Assembly: GCA_964270895.1 (NCBI GenBank)
Contig: OZ185439.1
DNA: 64,000 bases
Origin: Podarcis filfolensis
Lineage: Eukaryota
Direction: 5' to 3' (one strand)
The position numbers were made by a program, and so were the translations under genes. Shown here in pieces: positions 26,901-40,300 of this stretch. The notes below the pieces were generated by a model. The model saw nothing but the letters and a program-made list of their open reading frames with translations. It did no database searches and was not told the origin of the DNA. Within the stretch, counting starts at the first letter, position 1. Each line of letters opens with the position of its first letter.

Positions 26901-27396
26901 AGAATCGTCCTATTTTCAGGGCATGTGCGATATCATTGTCAGTATTCCAATTTAGTTTGCTACATAGTTGTTCATTGTTGGTTCCCACTCTGGCATTAAA
27001 ATCACCTGCTATTATCAATGAGGCATTTGGGTATTTAGCGGTCAAATTTTCTATATAAAAGGTTAGTTGTGACCAATTTTCACTGTTGCTGTTGTTTTTG
27101 GATGGGGGGATATAGACATTTACAAGTAGCAAAGTATCTTCTTTTTGGGTTAAAAGTAGGGCTTGTGCAAGTGGCAAGCATTTTTCTAGCTGCTTGATTT
27201 CAAACCCTAAGTTGTCTTTGATCATACAACAGAACCCTGCTTTCGGCCGGCCCTTCGTGTTTGTTTTCAATGCGGGTTTCGTATAGGAGGAGAATCCATT
27301 GATTTTAATATCTCTAGTTGACCATGTTTCTTGTAGAAGTATTAATTCAAAATCTTTAAAGAAGTTCATTAGGTCTGGGTCTCCGTCTTTGTTTCC
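23975..27396 (-). mobile_element. Young, slightly 5'-truncated non-LTR retrotransposon (APE-RT-CCHC; RTE-X-like clade suspected), antisense in SHOC2 intron 2
   Basis: 13-bp direct repeat GTAAGAAAAATTA at 23962-23974 and 27397-27409. One uninterrupted ORF, then a 149-nt 3' UTR ending AATAAAGGTTTGAATAAGTAAGTAA on the - strand. Confidence 0.95.
24124..27369 (-). CDS. LINE ORF2 protein, 1081 aa: apurinic endonuclease, reverse transcriptase and C-terminal CCHC zinc knuckle
   Basis: APE motifs LQETW, NVY, GDFNAR, IDY, SDH. RT motifs KSPGPDG, YRPISLL, QIGF, FVDFRGAFDS, GVKQGC-LAP-LF, LLYADD, YLG. C-terminal CRC-x7-H-x4-C. The frame stays open upstream of the Met to the 5' junction (GNKDGDPDL). Confidence 0.95.
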   Translation of the reverse strand: MNFFKDFELILLQETWSTRDIKINGFSSYTKPALKTNTKGRPKAGFCCMIKDNLGFEIKQLEKCLPLAQALLLTQKEDTLLLVNVYIPPSKNNSNSENWSQLTFYIENLTAKYPNASLIIAGDFNARVGTNNEQLCSKLNWNTDNDIAHALKIGRFSRDRAVNNEGLRLLELCNNFNLQIVNGSTKGDRSGEFTYFSPRGCSVIDYILVPYNIINSIMDLKIGTRTESDHQPLLLSINLKDETKITKHNIIEPSQYKQMTQLKWSQEMSAVVGQKLTANLRKQVLSNLKTTNSYSDIPKIYNEIFQMFVELSTPPKVWVLKHSASPWFDDECFQLKRKLRQTFKNNRTKLEPSYLDEKRKYHYILAEKKQKYATQKWLQLLDSIQSKNNKAFWNLVYGGLKAENQLTLPPIAESKWSQYFTSVFNNLHSELKGNETTKNKINKLQEWPRVEEEEIREIVKNFKSGKSPGPDGLPIELFKTYIDWWAEPLAQLFTLIDKYGIIPEIWLRSIIIPIFKNGDPKEPRNYRPISLLSVIGKIYAKHLLSKLLTWMKNLNLPGKEQIGFSKGCSTLDHCLILMHLVEKYRSQRQSKIFAAFVDFRGAFDSIDRPKLWRKLAELKIDQRLLILIKNLYSSNICQVKLNTKGHLSSDIPNSKGVKQGCILAPFLFNLFLSDLPDHLQKIESHAPKLNQKPVSLLLYADDAVLLSLTSLGLKRLISSLILYSECNKLSINYEKTKILVFSNGWKLEKWKIRGQEIQQVKIYRYLGILFQSNLGWANHRTNAIKQAKCTSSAVARFYYQKGNQFIPAANQIFQTKVQSQIFYGIPLWVQAYNSDLKKIHSSFLRRILGLPAVIKYETMCAEIGIHTMEYWAWSTSIKYWLRCHFRCPPSSLLADLLKDSYKSRWYQHLEKKIESLGIELEPLYNSNEQYIFHNILTRLKDVERQNIMTAVNKICSPIFYDLNILDSRANYVTKLIIPAQRRAFMLARLNVFPSAFVRGRYQNIPRNKRFCRCFMNVPDTVEHILFQCPLYSTPRQRVLSPLLGGLEPQQGECVGFCLSDVDQRVTAGVAEFLVAVLQGAG

Positions 27397-28541
27397 GTAA
27401 GAAAAATTATAAAATCTGCATCATGGCAACACCTTTACTAGGCCAACCAAAGTGTCTCAAAGTAGCGTGCAAGCTTTTGCGTTCTGGAAGATGCTCCATC
27501 AGGCTAGATTGTAAACAAAATGGGATGGACAGGAAACAGGCTGACTCTATAAAAGTCTCCGTTTAGTCATAGTCTTATGATGGAACATAGGAGTGGCAGA
27601 CCTTCAGATGGGGCTCTGCTAGGTGATATGCAGGTTTCAGGTTGCATCTAAGGCTGCTGGAAAGAAAATAGGATGATTAATCCCCCTATCTTTGAAAAGA
27701 TAAAGTTGAGCAGTTACTTGCATCCATCTCCATCCTTAGGTGAAACACAAAGGTTTCATAGTAGGTGGAAAATGGGAATTAAAAGCAATCAGTTTGTTTT
27801 TATATAAGCTAAACTGGAGATTCGGTTCAAGTGAAGAAAAAAACGAACATTACTGTTTTCCACGTATCTGTGCGTCTCAATGAGATGTGAGATTCCTCCC
27901 TCCTTAAATGAAAGCATGACAGTATTAAGTAGCCTATATATAGGAGAAAGTGTGTGTGTTTTAATGAGGGAAAATGTATAAATAAGACAGGTTTTTCATC
28001 TTCATTGTGAGAAATGGTAGATTTGCTGTTTCTGCTAGAGTTCTACTTATACAGAATCCATATCTGCATCTGTTTCTATAACATTTTAAAGAAAAGCACT
28101 CGTATCAGTTGTTTTATCAGAAGTAATTAGGTTCATGGGACTTACTTCCAGGTAAGTAAGCAAAGAATTCCAGCCTCAAATTCCTGCCTTAAATTAGAAT
28201 TAATCAGTTCTTGCCAGGTTTTTAATTTAGGGAAAACTGTCCTTATAAATACCATGACAGCAAGATAATTTTAGTACTGTGAAAAGTACTAGGTATAAGA
28301 GCAGCCACGTTGGTGCAAAACAGAAAAAGAAATTTAAAATGCAGATTCTTCTATTGGGAAGAATACCAGCACCATACAATTACTATTCTTATTCCTACTT
28401 TACTACATTACATTGAGAAGAGAAATTGTGAAATTGTGTGGGTTGGGATTAGAGGTTGAAACTTGACAATGCCATGCATGCCTTAAAGGTGGCCTTTTGC
28501 GTCTGCACTGTTTAGTCCTGGGCAGAACAATGACTAATTAA

Positions 28542-28709
<168 letters not shown>

Positions 28710-29650
28710 TAAATATGTAAATATCTTTATTTTTTGGCTTCACATTTTGGGGAGTGTGACTAGTCCAGGGTAATCCAATGCAGGCATTTGGACTTATCCC
28801 TTGCCATTCTGTGCCCAAATCTCTAGCGACATTTGCTGGGAATCAATATTGAAGGCAGGTAAATATAGCAGCTAATTAGTCTAAAGATGACCAACAGTAA
28901 TGATCATTGCTTAAATACATGCTTTTAATGTAACTTTTAAAAATTAAATTTGATTTGACAAGATTTGTGATTATCTTATTCTGCAACTGCTAAAATTTAC
29001 TCATTTTGAAATTTATAAAGTTTATTTTTTTGTAAAAAATCTAGCTGTATTTCTGAAAAACCTTTTGCTACCACCTAAATGGAAATACTGTTTGTAAACT
29101 TCAACATGAATGGAATGAATATTCTTTCTAAACTGCTTTAATAACTCCATGTTACCACATGTTTGCCTGTGTAGTGAATTACAGTTATTTAGTTAATTTG
29201 TGCAATTTATTGATTTAGTACAAATTATTTCCTGTGAGTGGAAATTTATATTTCCCCAAAGGACATTTTCTCATTGCTCAAACTTGTATGTAGACAACAC
29301 GAATAACAAATCCCAAAGCTTAATGGGTGTCAAAAAATTACCCATGAACAGTATTTTGGCCTTATGGGAGAAACCCATGTCCTAGAATCCTGATCCATCT
29401 CCAGGTTTTCCATAGCCCTAGAAGGACTGTTTTTAACCGTTTCTCAGAGCTCCCTCAAGCACTAATTTTGATGAAGTCCAGCAAAGAGACTTCAGCCTAG
29501 CAACTCCAGAGACCATATCCAGAAGCCTTGCATCAGCTCTAATTATATTGAGATCTTTGACATTGTTTTTTCTGCCAAGGCTTTGGACTGCTTAATCTGA
29601 GTTTTAAATAGGTTGAGGATAACCTGCAGGAGGCTGATGTCTTCTTCAGC

Positions 29651-29653
<3 letters not shown>

Positions 29654-29687
<34 letters not shown>

Positions 29688-29712
29688 TGTGTGTGTGTGT
29701 GTGTGTGTGTGT
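29654..29712. repeat. Compound (AT)n(GT)n microsatellite
   Basis: Directly visible. Confidence 0.97.
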
Positions 29713-30299
29713 ATGAGCTCAACCCAGGTTGTTACATACCTCCCCCACATACATGGTTTTGCATCCCCTGCTCCATCTACTTTGTAGAGTAAGGGGTGGT
29801 TGACATGGTTTTGTCTCAAGAGCCACATTCACCCTTGACCAGCTCTCCAGAGGCTACATGCCAGCGGTGGGTGTGACCACCCCACGCTCATCCATGTAGG
29901 CTCTTGCAAGCATGAACACACACCATGTATACACAAACACATACACACAGACACATGTGTGTTTGGACATGGTACAAGCACACAGCTTCCCTTCCTCCAA
30001 CTCAGCTGATCCAAACAGATCAGTTGAGGAAGGGAGTGATCGACTTACTCCCTTGTAACTTTACAGAACTTTTGTTTGGCATTAGCTTTTGCAGGCAAGA
30101 TTCTGCCTGTCAGATTTAGATTTCAGCCCACACAAGGATTTTGAATAGTGAAATTGCTAATAGGTTTTGCCATTTCAGATGATTATCGTAACTTAGATAT
30201 TGACACCATCATATGTGTGTTCAGGCATCATTCCAGGTATTATTGATGTCCCATCATTAAGGTTCAACATGCCTTCCCAGAGACTTCTGTAAAGATCAT

Positions 30300-30303
<4 letters not shown>

Positions 30304-30341
<38 letters not shown>
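30304..30341. repeat. (GT)n microsatellite
   Basis: Directly visible. Confidence 0.97.
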
Positions 30342-30344
<3 letters not shown>

Positions 30345-30745
30345 ACTGACAACAGTTTTCCTTGCAACATCTAGCACTTGGCTCCAGTGGACCATAGGTG
30401 TGCATTGGATGCATGAAAATTTAATTGTTAGCAGCATGAAACATTTGCCTGAAAGTCAGTGCTTAAATCTTGAAATTAACAAACACAACAGAGTAGATGG
30501 GCTTGTGGTCCTAAAGTCTGTCTGTCTGTCTTTAACTTCAGTCTTCAGCAGAATTTTTGTTTCATTTCAATTAGAGATTAAATGTAATCATCTTCAAGCA
30601 GATTGTAGCAGTCACTCACCTCTTAGTTATTTCAAGAACTACACACCAATCTCTGAACTCAACCGACTGCGTTTTTTCTCCCCCTTTGTACCTTCTTTTG
30701 GGAATGGTTTGCTATAGATAATATAGGTTTCTAATTATTGAAACA

Positions 30746-30910
30746 GATGTCAAAGCGATAAATAACTACCTGACATTCAGAAGACATCTTAAGGCAGCCC
30801 TGTTCAGGGAAGTTTTTAATCTGTGATATTTTAGTGTATTTTTGGTTTCTATGGAAGCCGCCCAGAGTGGCTGGGGAAACCCAGCCAGATGGGCGGGGTA
30901 CAAATAATAA

Positions 30911-30957
<47 letters not shown>
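30746..30957 (+). mobile_element. L2 LINE 3' end with (TTA)n tail, in SHOC2 intron 3
   Basis: gatgtcaaag...aaggcagccctgttcagggaagttttt...gccgcccagagtggctggggaaacccagccagatgggcgggg, then (ATT)n. Confidence 0.9.
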
Positions 30958-30958
<1 letters not shown>

Positions 30959-31109
30959 GTGGAAATCAAGCTGACAGAAGCTGAGCTCTTATATAGAATT
31001 ACTGTTTGTAAAGGGGCATTTTTGGTGGTGGTTCCCTTTAAAGGATCCCTGTGTCTAAGGATGTGAACAAGTTGTTTGGAGAGCTTCAGTTTATTTGTTA
31101 GTTCATATT

Positions 31110-31960
31110 TTTATTTTTTAAATCTAAGTATTTATGTTCTGCATTCCCAAGCAAATAACCTTTACAAAGTGACTAACGAACTAAGCAAATAGTATACATG
31201 CTTTTAAAAACCATCACAATTACCACCCATATTTCCCTTAATATAAATTTATTTGCTGAATTAATATCCCACCCAAATTACCCCAGATCAGTTCCTCATC
31301 AATTTATTTTCCTTCAGTTAATTTCACTCCCAGATTCTGCTTAAAATCATTCCCTCCATAATTAATAACCTCAAATTACATCCTGATAAGCCCTACTTAG
31401 TTCCCCATACCCTATCCAGATAATCCCAAATTGATCTCTCCCCGAAGTCATTACCAACCCAGATACTGTTCTAAATTTGTTTCATTTAAATTAACCATCA
31501 ATCCTTATCTTTACTGGAGAGGTGGTTGCCTATTGCTGCAAGTCCTTCTGCATTAAAAGAGACACTTGCCCAAGTCCTGCCTCTGTAGTTCTTGTAAATA
31601 ACCTGTGTGAAAGCAAAGTTTAGAAAACATCATCTTCCTGGTTTCTTATATATATCTCCAACTAATCAAAAAGGTACGTAAATTAAAGGTTGTAGCCCAT
31701 CTTTTTAAAAAAGAGAAACGCTTCTAGGAAGAGTTTCCTATAATTAAATAGCTTGTACTGTGTGTAGACTTGCTCCTTGCAAAAAAGCCTCACACTCTTC
31801 AGGATAGCCTGGTACCTTGCTATTGCTCGAGACTCCATCATCCCTATTGCACTTATTGTGGATGACTGCTTGATGAAGATGAGAGTCAAGTAGTTCTCAT
31901 ACGAACTTATCACTGCTGTTCACTAAGGTGAACAGAGAGTTAAGGACTTCAATGGTAGGT
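31110..31960 (-). mobile_element. Possible old L1/Tx1-like 3' remnant
   Basis: Strong strand skew (G-poor on +, G/A/T-rich on -) ending in aaaaaataaaaa on -. No clear protein motif, so composition is the only support. Confidence 0.3.
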
Positions 31961-33129
31961 GGATCCCAAGCCCTGCAATATGAAATCTGGCCCACTGTAT
32001 TCGGATACATATGCTTTAACTTGAATAATTTTCAAAAGCTTTTCATAGGCCTTTTTCTGTAACCTTCACCATTTTGATCCATTGCTAGCAGGGATTCCTA
32101 AGAGGAGCTATCTTGGCAGTTTGCAAATATTAAAGAGGCTTGAGAAAACAATTGCTTACTCTTCCTACTGAGATCCACTGAGGTTACAGGAAAATAGATT
32201 TTGCTACAGACTTAATGTATCTGTTGTGCTCTTTACCCTGGCCTCTTCTTGCATTCTGGGCTACTTAATATCCTCATAGGACTTCTCTAAATGCTTTGAC
32301 TATCAGCATTATTTTTGAAAGGTCAAGTGTCACCCCCAGACTGGCTATTAAAATAGTCATTTAGGTGAATGGAGTTAAAGTTGTAGGTCCAACTTTTTAA
32401 TCTTGCCATTGTGTGTTTGTTAGACCTCGTTGACGGTGTAAGCAGTGATAATCTTCATCATTCTGGTCTTTATTAATTCAAAATTTAAGTTATGAACAGC
32501 TTACTTAGAAAAAGAAGGAGTGTTGAGCCGCTAATTCTGTGGGAAGCTTTGTGTAACAAGGAAAGTGCAGATGTAAAGTCCTGTACTTTGGAAACAAATC
32601 CAGGCAAGTTCAATACAAGCATCTTCTAAATGCCTATGAGCAAAAAGTTGTTATGGGCAAAGGTTACAAGCATCACTGTAATTTGGTACCTCGTCTATTT
32701 CTGTATTACTCATGCTGTGCTAGGTGGCTAAGCATCAATTTGTATGAAGCTTTCAGGTCCTTTGTGTTTGGGATCTGGTTCCCATAAGCCAGCCTTTATC
32801 AACCTGTGGGTCCCCAGATGTTGTTGAACTACAACTCCCATCACCCCTAGCTAGCAAGGCCAGAGCGTCTCCATTCGTCCTCATGTCTCTCTACTTTGTT
32901 TCCATTGTGGCTACAGAAAAAGGGAAATCTGTCTATCGGTCCTGTTTTTTCACCACCAGCCTGTTTGACAGAAGGCAGTTGTTTTAACTCACATGCTAAG
33001 ACGCTAGTATCCTACATTTCAGGGCTGGAATAGGGGAGAATTTCCTCCCCTCTGCAGGCAGCATGTAAACCTAGGCTACTAGCCTCTTAGCAAGCTAGTC
33101 AAAAAATGTGAAAGCTACTAACTTTTGTG

Positions 33130-33469
33130 GCGCTGTGGGTTAAACCACAGAGCCTAGGACTTGCCGATCAGAAGGTTGGCGGTTTGAATCCCCGCGACGG
33201 GGTGAGCTCCCGTTGCTTGGTCCCAGCTCCTGCCAACCCAGCAGTTCGAAAGTATGTCAAAGTACAAGTAGATAAATAGGTACCGCTCCGGCGGGAAGGT
33301 AAACAGCATTTCCATGCGCTGCTCTGGTTTGCCAGAAGCGGCTTAGTCATGCTGGCCACATGACCCGGAAGCTGTGTGCTGGCTCCCTCGGCCAATAAAG
33401 CGAGATGAGCGCCGCAACCCCAGAGTCAGTCACAACTGGACCTAATGGTCAGGGGTCCCTTTACCTTTT
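33130..33469 (+). mobile_element. Sauria SINE with 14-bp TSD
   Basis: gcgctgtgggttaaaccacagagcctaggacttgccgatcagaagg...aggggtccctttaccttt. Direct repeat TACTAACTTTTGTG at 33116-33129 and 33470-33483. Confidence 0.92.
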
Positions 33470-34702
33470 TACTAACTTTTGTGAGTTTATTTACAAGACT
33501 GTGATACTTGATAGACAAAAAATTGTCTGTGTCTTCCTTTTTGCATAGCAGAGAACAGAGCACATAAGATTAGATTGCTTTGTGTGATCTAGTTTTCCAT
33601 TGGCAAAGTAGGTAGCCAGAACTCGCTTATGTCTGTTTGCAAACTTCCCTAGAATCGTGATTAGTATGTTTTATGAGTGTGAAGCTTATGTTTCCAGGAA
33701 AAGGGAGGGATGTCATTCTGCCCAAAGGTGCTGCAGAGTGTGATGGTGGCATGCAAATTTACACTTTAAGCTTCTGTGGCAATCATTCTTCTTATTGGTC
33801 TGAGAAATAGCTAAGCTTGGTAATAAAAATGGATATGGACAAAGGTGTCATAAAAAGCCAGTATTAATTTTTTTTATAATCATGACTATAAATATATTTC
33901 TGCAGTAACAAAGTTTTTATTCTTCACCTGTGAATTCTGTTTAAACTGCCAATCCTAAGAAATTTATCTCCCACACCTAATAAGAGCACCTTGTAGCAAA
34001 AAACATTTAACTGTAATTTTGCATCTCATGAAGTTTTATAGACTGACAAGTGTTGGGGCTTTCTGTTGACGAAATGGATAGCTTGCCCTGGCAATATTGA
34101 TCTTATGCTCAGTGCACCAAGAGAGATGTATCAATTTGCAATATAGTCTCATGGGTTAAGTTCAGAAAGCATTAGGGGATGGCAGCAGGTTTTTCATTAA
34201 TTATCCGCTGGCACATGCAGCTCACATGCAAGGTTTTTATGTCCTTAATTGTATTGCTTTTGACGTCTGCTAATTTCCCCTTCCTCTGTTCTTGCAGAAA
34301 TGCTTACCCTTGTAATCTGAAATGTGTAAAGTGGTCTAAAGTACTAGAGTGATGAGTGGCCAGTAATGTTTAAAAAGAAACAAACAGAAAAACTTAGATG
34401 TATGCTTTGAGAGAATTGCTGGGCAGCTAGAGATGAAAGCAAAGCTGAGTAGTGTAAATTGATTACACCAAAATGGGACATAGCTGAAATTCTGAATCCT
34501 TCACCAGTGTTTGCATCTATACTTGGGAAATCCTTTGAAAATATGCTGCTCAAAATATGCAGAGATATTATTGTGGAAAGAATGTGTTTACTGAAAAATA
34601 AAAACTCTAGGAATTGGTTCTTTTCCAAGAAAATGCAACCAGTGGGAGTCCCCTTCTCCCAGCTTCTAAAGCAAATCTCTCTTAACCCTCTTTTGTTTTT
34701 AG

Positions 34703-34833
34703 GAAACCTGTCCAGTCTGAAAAGCCTCGGGCTGAGGTATAACCGGCTCTCAGCAATACCCAGGTCTCTAGCACAGTGCAGTAAACTTGATGAACTGAAT
34801 TTGGAGAACAACATGATTTCTGCTTTACCAGAG
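34703..34833 (+). CDS. SHOC2: SHOC2 coding exon 3 (131 nt)
   Basis: ttttgtttttag|GAAACCTG...CCAGAG|gtgagg; encodes (G)[43 protein letters not shown]. Confidence 0.97.
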
Positions 34834-37800
34834 GTGAGGCATTCTACAGTTTTTGTATGATTGCAGCTTAATGTTGTTTAAATGTTGCTCTAAAGCACTG
34901 GAACCAGCATTAGTTTTATTGAAGACAAATGCTCTGGAAATGGAAGGCTGCTGAAATTTGCCAAATTGGATGTAAACTATTAGCATTAGCACTAATTGAA
35001 TGGGAATGAATGGATATTGCTTGAAGAAGTTGCTGCTGTGAGAAAGTTGCCTGGAAGCTTTTAAGAACAAAGCTGAATTGCCCCTCCCAAGCGCATTATG
35101 AAAGTTACTCAAGTGTAATTAAATATACAAAGGAGACTGACAGCAAAACAGATTGCTTTATTATAAGATAAGTTTGGCTCCCAATCCAAAAACTCTTTTA
35201 ACAAATAAAAATGCTTTATTCAGAAGTGCTAGTCTGTGTATAAATTGTAATTGTTGCTGAAAAGAGCCACTTGCATGTTAGTGTAGTGGGGTAATCCATT
35301 AAAGCAAGTCTCTCTGGCAGCAGAAGAAAGAAAACATTTGTAAAGAAAACTGCAGAATTGCAAAATATACCAAGCTCATGATGATGCAATGCCTAATAAA
35401 CATTAGATCTTAAAAGACTAGTTTGGGAGAGGCAGCTGTCCAACAGTATTCATAAATAGTAAGTACTTTGTTTCTTTTCGAAGCAGTACATTCATTAGCC
35501 AGCCTCTTCTCTGATCCCTAAAAAAATAATAATCAGTGTGTTTGAAAATGGCTAAAAAATGTAATATCTATGTGGCTGAGTTTATTATGACAGCCTTCAG
35601 CATCAAGCTTTTGCAGATTTCAATATTCTTTGAAAAGTCGGTGGTGCCAAAGCTCCATTGCAATCTTTGGCATGAAGAACTCTCTTAAATATGATTAATA
35701 TGAAATACCTTATGAGTTTAGGGCAACATGCAGACTTTTGCTCACTCGCTGTGCTCTCCTCAAGTCTGCTCTGGAGGTACCCCAGCACTCTGGAACAGAT
35801 TTTGGGAGGGTGGGCTTGGGGCTGCAGGAGAAAGAAGAAGAAGGGGAAGTCCTCTTGTACCAGTAAAAATATGTTCTGCTGGAGGGTGGTTACTGCTGGA
35901 TATTTTGAGAGTTCACTGATGGAAATTCCTATAACTAGTACTTGATAGCATCTTGCTCTCATTTTTAAAATGATTAATGTTGTGCAAGTTTACCAGTATT
36001 CCATCATTACAGGCATCATGATGCAATATTAATTTCATCAGAAAGAAAGTTTGGCATAAGAAACCAGAAGAGGAAACTTTTAGTGATATCCCATGGTGTT
36101 ACTCTGTTGATGGAAGGCATCCCTTAGTGGAAGAGGGGAAGAGGCAATGTTCTGCAATTTCCTCCCCACCCCTTTGTAGCCACCCATGGCTCCCTATTTT
36201 GTTTCGTTGGGTTTCCATCCTGCATAAAATTGGGCCCAGCGGGCTGAGCTTGTGTCGCGTTTCCAAAAAATGGTCTCCCTTCCCCAATCTATTAATGGAT
36301 ATTTTCCATCAATCAATCTCTTTATTATGGTCAATGACCAGTAATTTCCTTTCATTGGTGGAACATTACTGTTCGATACTACTCTTTGTAATTTCTGAAT
36401 TACAAAGTAGGAATATGACACCATTTTAGTAAATAAAGGAAACCAATCCTGTCTTCAGGTGCTTTTCTTTTTCATATATAACAGCTTGCCTGGTGAATGA
36501 TATAATCTGTTTGAATCTGTTTTGTGTTTGTTTCAATCGTTACTTACAGTTATTTGTCAGAAGCGTAAACTTAAAAAATATTGAGGGTGCAGTTTAAAGC
36601 CCCAGACTTGTTAATCCTAAAAGTACGTACCTTATCTGAGCGCACAGTGTAATGGAACAAAAATTTACAGTTGCCTCATTCTCCCTGCAACAGCTGATGT
36701 CCCCCAAAAGTCCTCTTTGGGTGACACAGGCAGGTTCCTGAATACTGTGGCCTGGAGGGTGTGTGTGGAGAGGATGGGAAACTTGGTTTTCATGAACTTG
36801 CTTAAGCTAACTCCCCTTAAATCCAGCTCAATTTGGAGCAATTCCTGTGTACCTCAGCTGTCCTCTGTTCCCCATTCCACATTGTTCAGGGTATCCTTGG
36901 GCACAAATGGCTGCAGGGTGTGAAGATATAGGAAGCGTTCTTCCCGTGAAATTCCTTTTTTAGGATCCAAGCTGTTTTCTTTAAAGTAAGGCTGTCACCC
37001 AGTTAAAGATAGTTTAGTCTATTGCTTCGGCATAAATTTACATTTAAATAAAGCAATAATTCCTAAGAAACATGCATGCTTCTATTTCATGTATGGGCAT
37101 GTTACAGTGGACACCATCTTAGAACTTCCAAGATGGTGCCTGCTGCCACAGTTGTGGTAAGTTCTTACATTAAAAGTACAAGCAGTTTGCTTAAATCTTG
37201 CCAATTCAATTGGGGAAAGGGTTCTTTCTTAGTTGACTGAAAGTTTTTCATCTATTAGTCTAACAGATTACTTGACTAAAAGTTGCAACCCCACTTAAAA
37301 GTACTCTAGTTTTAGACAGCAATGGATGCAGCAACAGCTGTTTGGATGGAGAATTGATTGTGCCTATCAAATGAAACCATAGCACAGGTCTTATGGAAGC
37401 ACTGGTTTCCACAAAAATGAGATAAGCAATGCTGTGTTATATAATGCCTGTTACATGAGGATGCAACAATAAATGGTAAGGTGACTATAAGTTAAATCTC
37501 TGGCACAACCTCAGCCATGAATTACATGGCTCTCCCTTTCCATAGGCTGAGTTTGTTACAAAGTGCGAAAGTACTATAATTGGCTGAGCTATGTAGACAT
37601 TACCTCACTACTTGGAATTAATTCTAAGCTTTTCATGTTGCCCAGAGTTTATTTTCAGCCATTACTTTGGGGAAATAATTTACCGGTGTAATGAGTGGGG
37701 TTTTTTAAATGACATGCTTATCTTTTTTAAACACATGTGAATCAGCAATTACAGCACTGTATGTACAAGTTCTGTGCAAGCAGATACTTCCTCTTCCCAT

Positions 37801-37993
37801 CAGGGTTGGTGACAGTTCTGCATGCACACTCCCACTGTGCACATGAAACTGTTCCCTGGTATTGAAGTACACATGGAAGCTCTTGTGAACATTTCCATGT
37901 GCTTTAGTTCAGACTACTGGTATTTGTTTTTTTTTAAAGTGTGAAGTTAACATTTTTGCAAAAATAACAGAAACCCATATGTTGTCACACTAA

Positions 37994-38308
<315 letters not shown>

Positions 38309-39841
38309 TGACTATCAGGAACTGTTTTGCTACCAGGCTTGCCAATGTTGCCAAACATTAAGTGCAGTTAAATAAAGAGGTGCAAGATAGCCAGGTATGC
38401 ATGGCAGTAGTGGATGAGTTCGTCAGATATTAACTGGAAAAAAGCCTTCGTTGATTTGATGCTTCTTTTTTCATATATCTGATGAGAATAGCATAAAATG
38501 CAGATTTGAATATCTGTTCTTTAGAAGCTGGCAGAAGCCTTCCTTTCCCCCTACTGCTTTTGTAGCTTTTGCAAAAGACAGAGAACTGTTAAGCATAATC
38601 AGTGTTTAAAATTGACCGAGCCCAAGCGGGCAGCATGTTTACGTCTTTGCTCCTTTTTCTTGTGAAAAAATTGCACGGGGAGGTAAACAGAGAAATGGGC
38701 CCTTGCCACATACTGGGTTGTCCCCAAGGCTGCACAGGTGAAGTTTGACTCACACAACACTTGCCCCTCATCTCCTCTCCCTGCCCCCTGGAATCTGTTC
38801 TAGACTGTCTTCCAATCCTCCGGAGTGAATTCTGAGAGTGCCTGGGGAGCTGGAGAGGAGGGACAAGTTCTTTAGTACAAACAGGAGCCTGTTGCACAAG
38901 CAGAATGGCACCACTGGATACAAACAAGTATCCATAAATTACTTGTAATTAAAAATTTGTTTCAAATGTTGGCAGTCTGAAAAATGGAGGAGCTTGCTTC
39001 CATTGTTGCTCAAAGTTGTTGCTGAGGTGGTGAAATAGGTTGACTCAGATCATTGCATACTATAAATGTGGTTTTTGGTATTTGGAACAAGATGTTAAGG
39101 TGTTTCAAGCCTAGATCCATATAAGTAGACTGCTCACATTGTAGGAAACATTTTTGGTTATACTTGAATTGAATATTAAATTGCCAAAAGCAAATATTTT
39201 ATTGTCAGTTTCTTTGAAGTCTAGCTGAACTCCGTTGCAACACATAATTTCTTTCATTTAATAATGGTCTAAAACGGAGGATCTGAGTATTGCCAACTTT
39301 ATTAAATGCTGCTGCTTGTAATGCAGGTGGTGAGTCTTTTATTTGCAGAGAACTGGCTCTTATATATATATCTAAGTTGTACTTCCAGTTAACACAAATA
39401 CTAGCCACAACCTGCTTTTTTAAATAGTGTATCATCTGGGCAAGGACAATACATACTTCAAATAATATACTGTTCTGATTTGAATTCAAATAATAAGCAC
39501 AGTGTAGCAGTGCTTTAAACATTAATGAAAATGTAGACCTTGCATAAATATTGACTATTCTTTTGTATGACTTCCTAGCTATAATGCTTTAAAGAAATCC
39601 TATTTTCTTTATAAGTTATTGGTTTCTTATTAGGGTTTCCCAATAGTGCTATGATTTCCTTAGTTGCAATATTATTCTAACTTGATATTTGAGAGAACAG
39701 CCTTGCTGTATATGGAATCGGTGTGTTTATTTTTAAGTAAAAAACCCAAACTTTGTGCAAACGGATGTGTTCACATTCTGGAGAAAGACAGTATATACCC
39801 TTCAAAAGATTTTTTATTTAAGATATTGGTAGGACATTGTT

Positions 39842-40258
39842 ATGGACCTGCATTGGCTCCCAGTACGTTTCCGAGCACAATTCAAAGTGTTGGTGCTGAC
39901 CTTTAAAGCCCTAAACGGCCTCGGTCCTGTATACCTGAAGGAGCGTCTCCACCCCCATCGTTCAGCCCGGACACTGAGATCCAGCTCTGAGGGCCTTCTG
40001 GTGGTTCCCTCATTGCGAGAAGTGAGGTTACAGGGAAGCAGACAGAAGGCCTTCTCAGTAGTGGCGCCCGCCCTGTGGAACGCCCTCCCATCAGATGTCA
40101 AAGATATAAACAACTACCTGACATTCAGAAGACATTTGAAGGCAGCCCTGTTCAGGGAAGTTTTTAATATTTAACACTGCATTGTTTTTAACACTTGATT
40201 GGGAGCCGCCCAGAGTGGCTGGGGAAACTCAGCCAGATGTGCGGAGTATAAATAATAA

Positions 40259-40300
<42 letters not shown>
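39842..40300 (+). mobile_element. 5'-truncated L2 LINE (ORF2 C-terminus, 3' UTR, (TTA)n)
   Basis: ORF 39842-40174 encodes LHWLPVRFRAQFKVLVLTFKALNGLGPVYL...SVVAPALWNALP...FRRHLKAALF, a diagnostic L2 C-terminus. (ATT)n tail. Confidence 0.9.

Noticed and set aside
31190-31510. G-poor, C/A-rich tract resembling a mitochondrial insertion (NUMT)
   Set aside because: No mitochondrial gene translation recognised in either genetic code. The skew and A-rich end fit an old LINE 3' region better.
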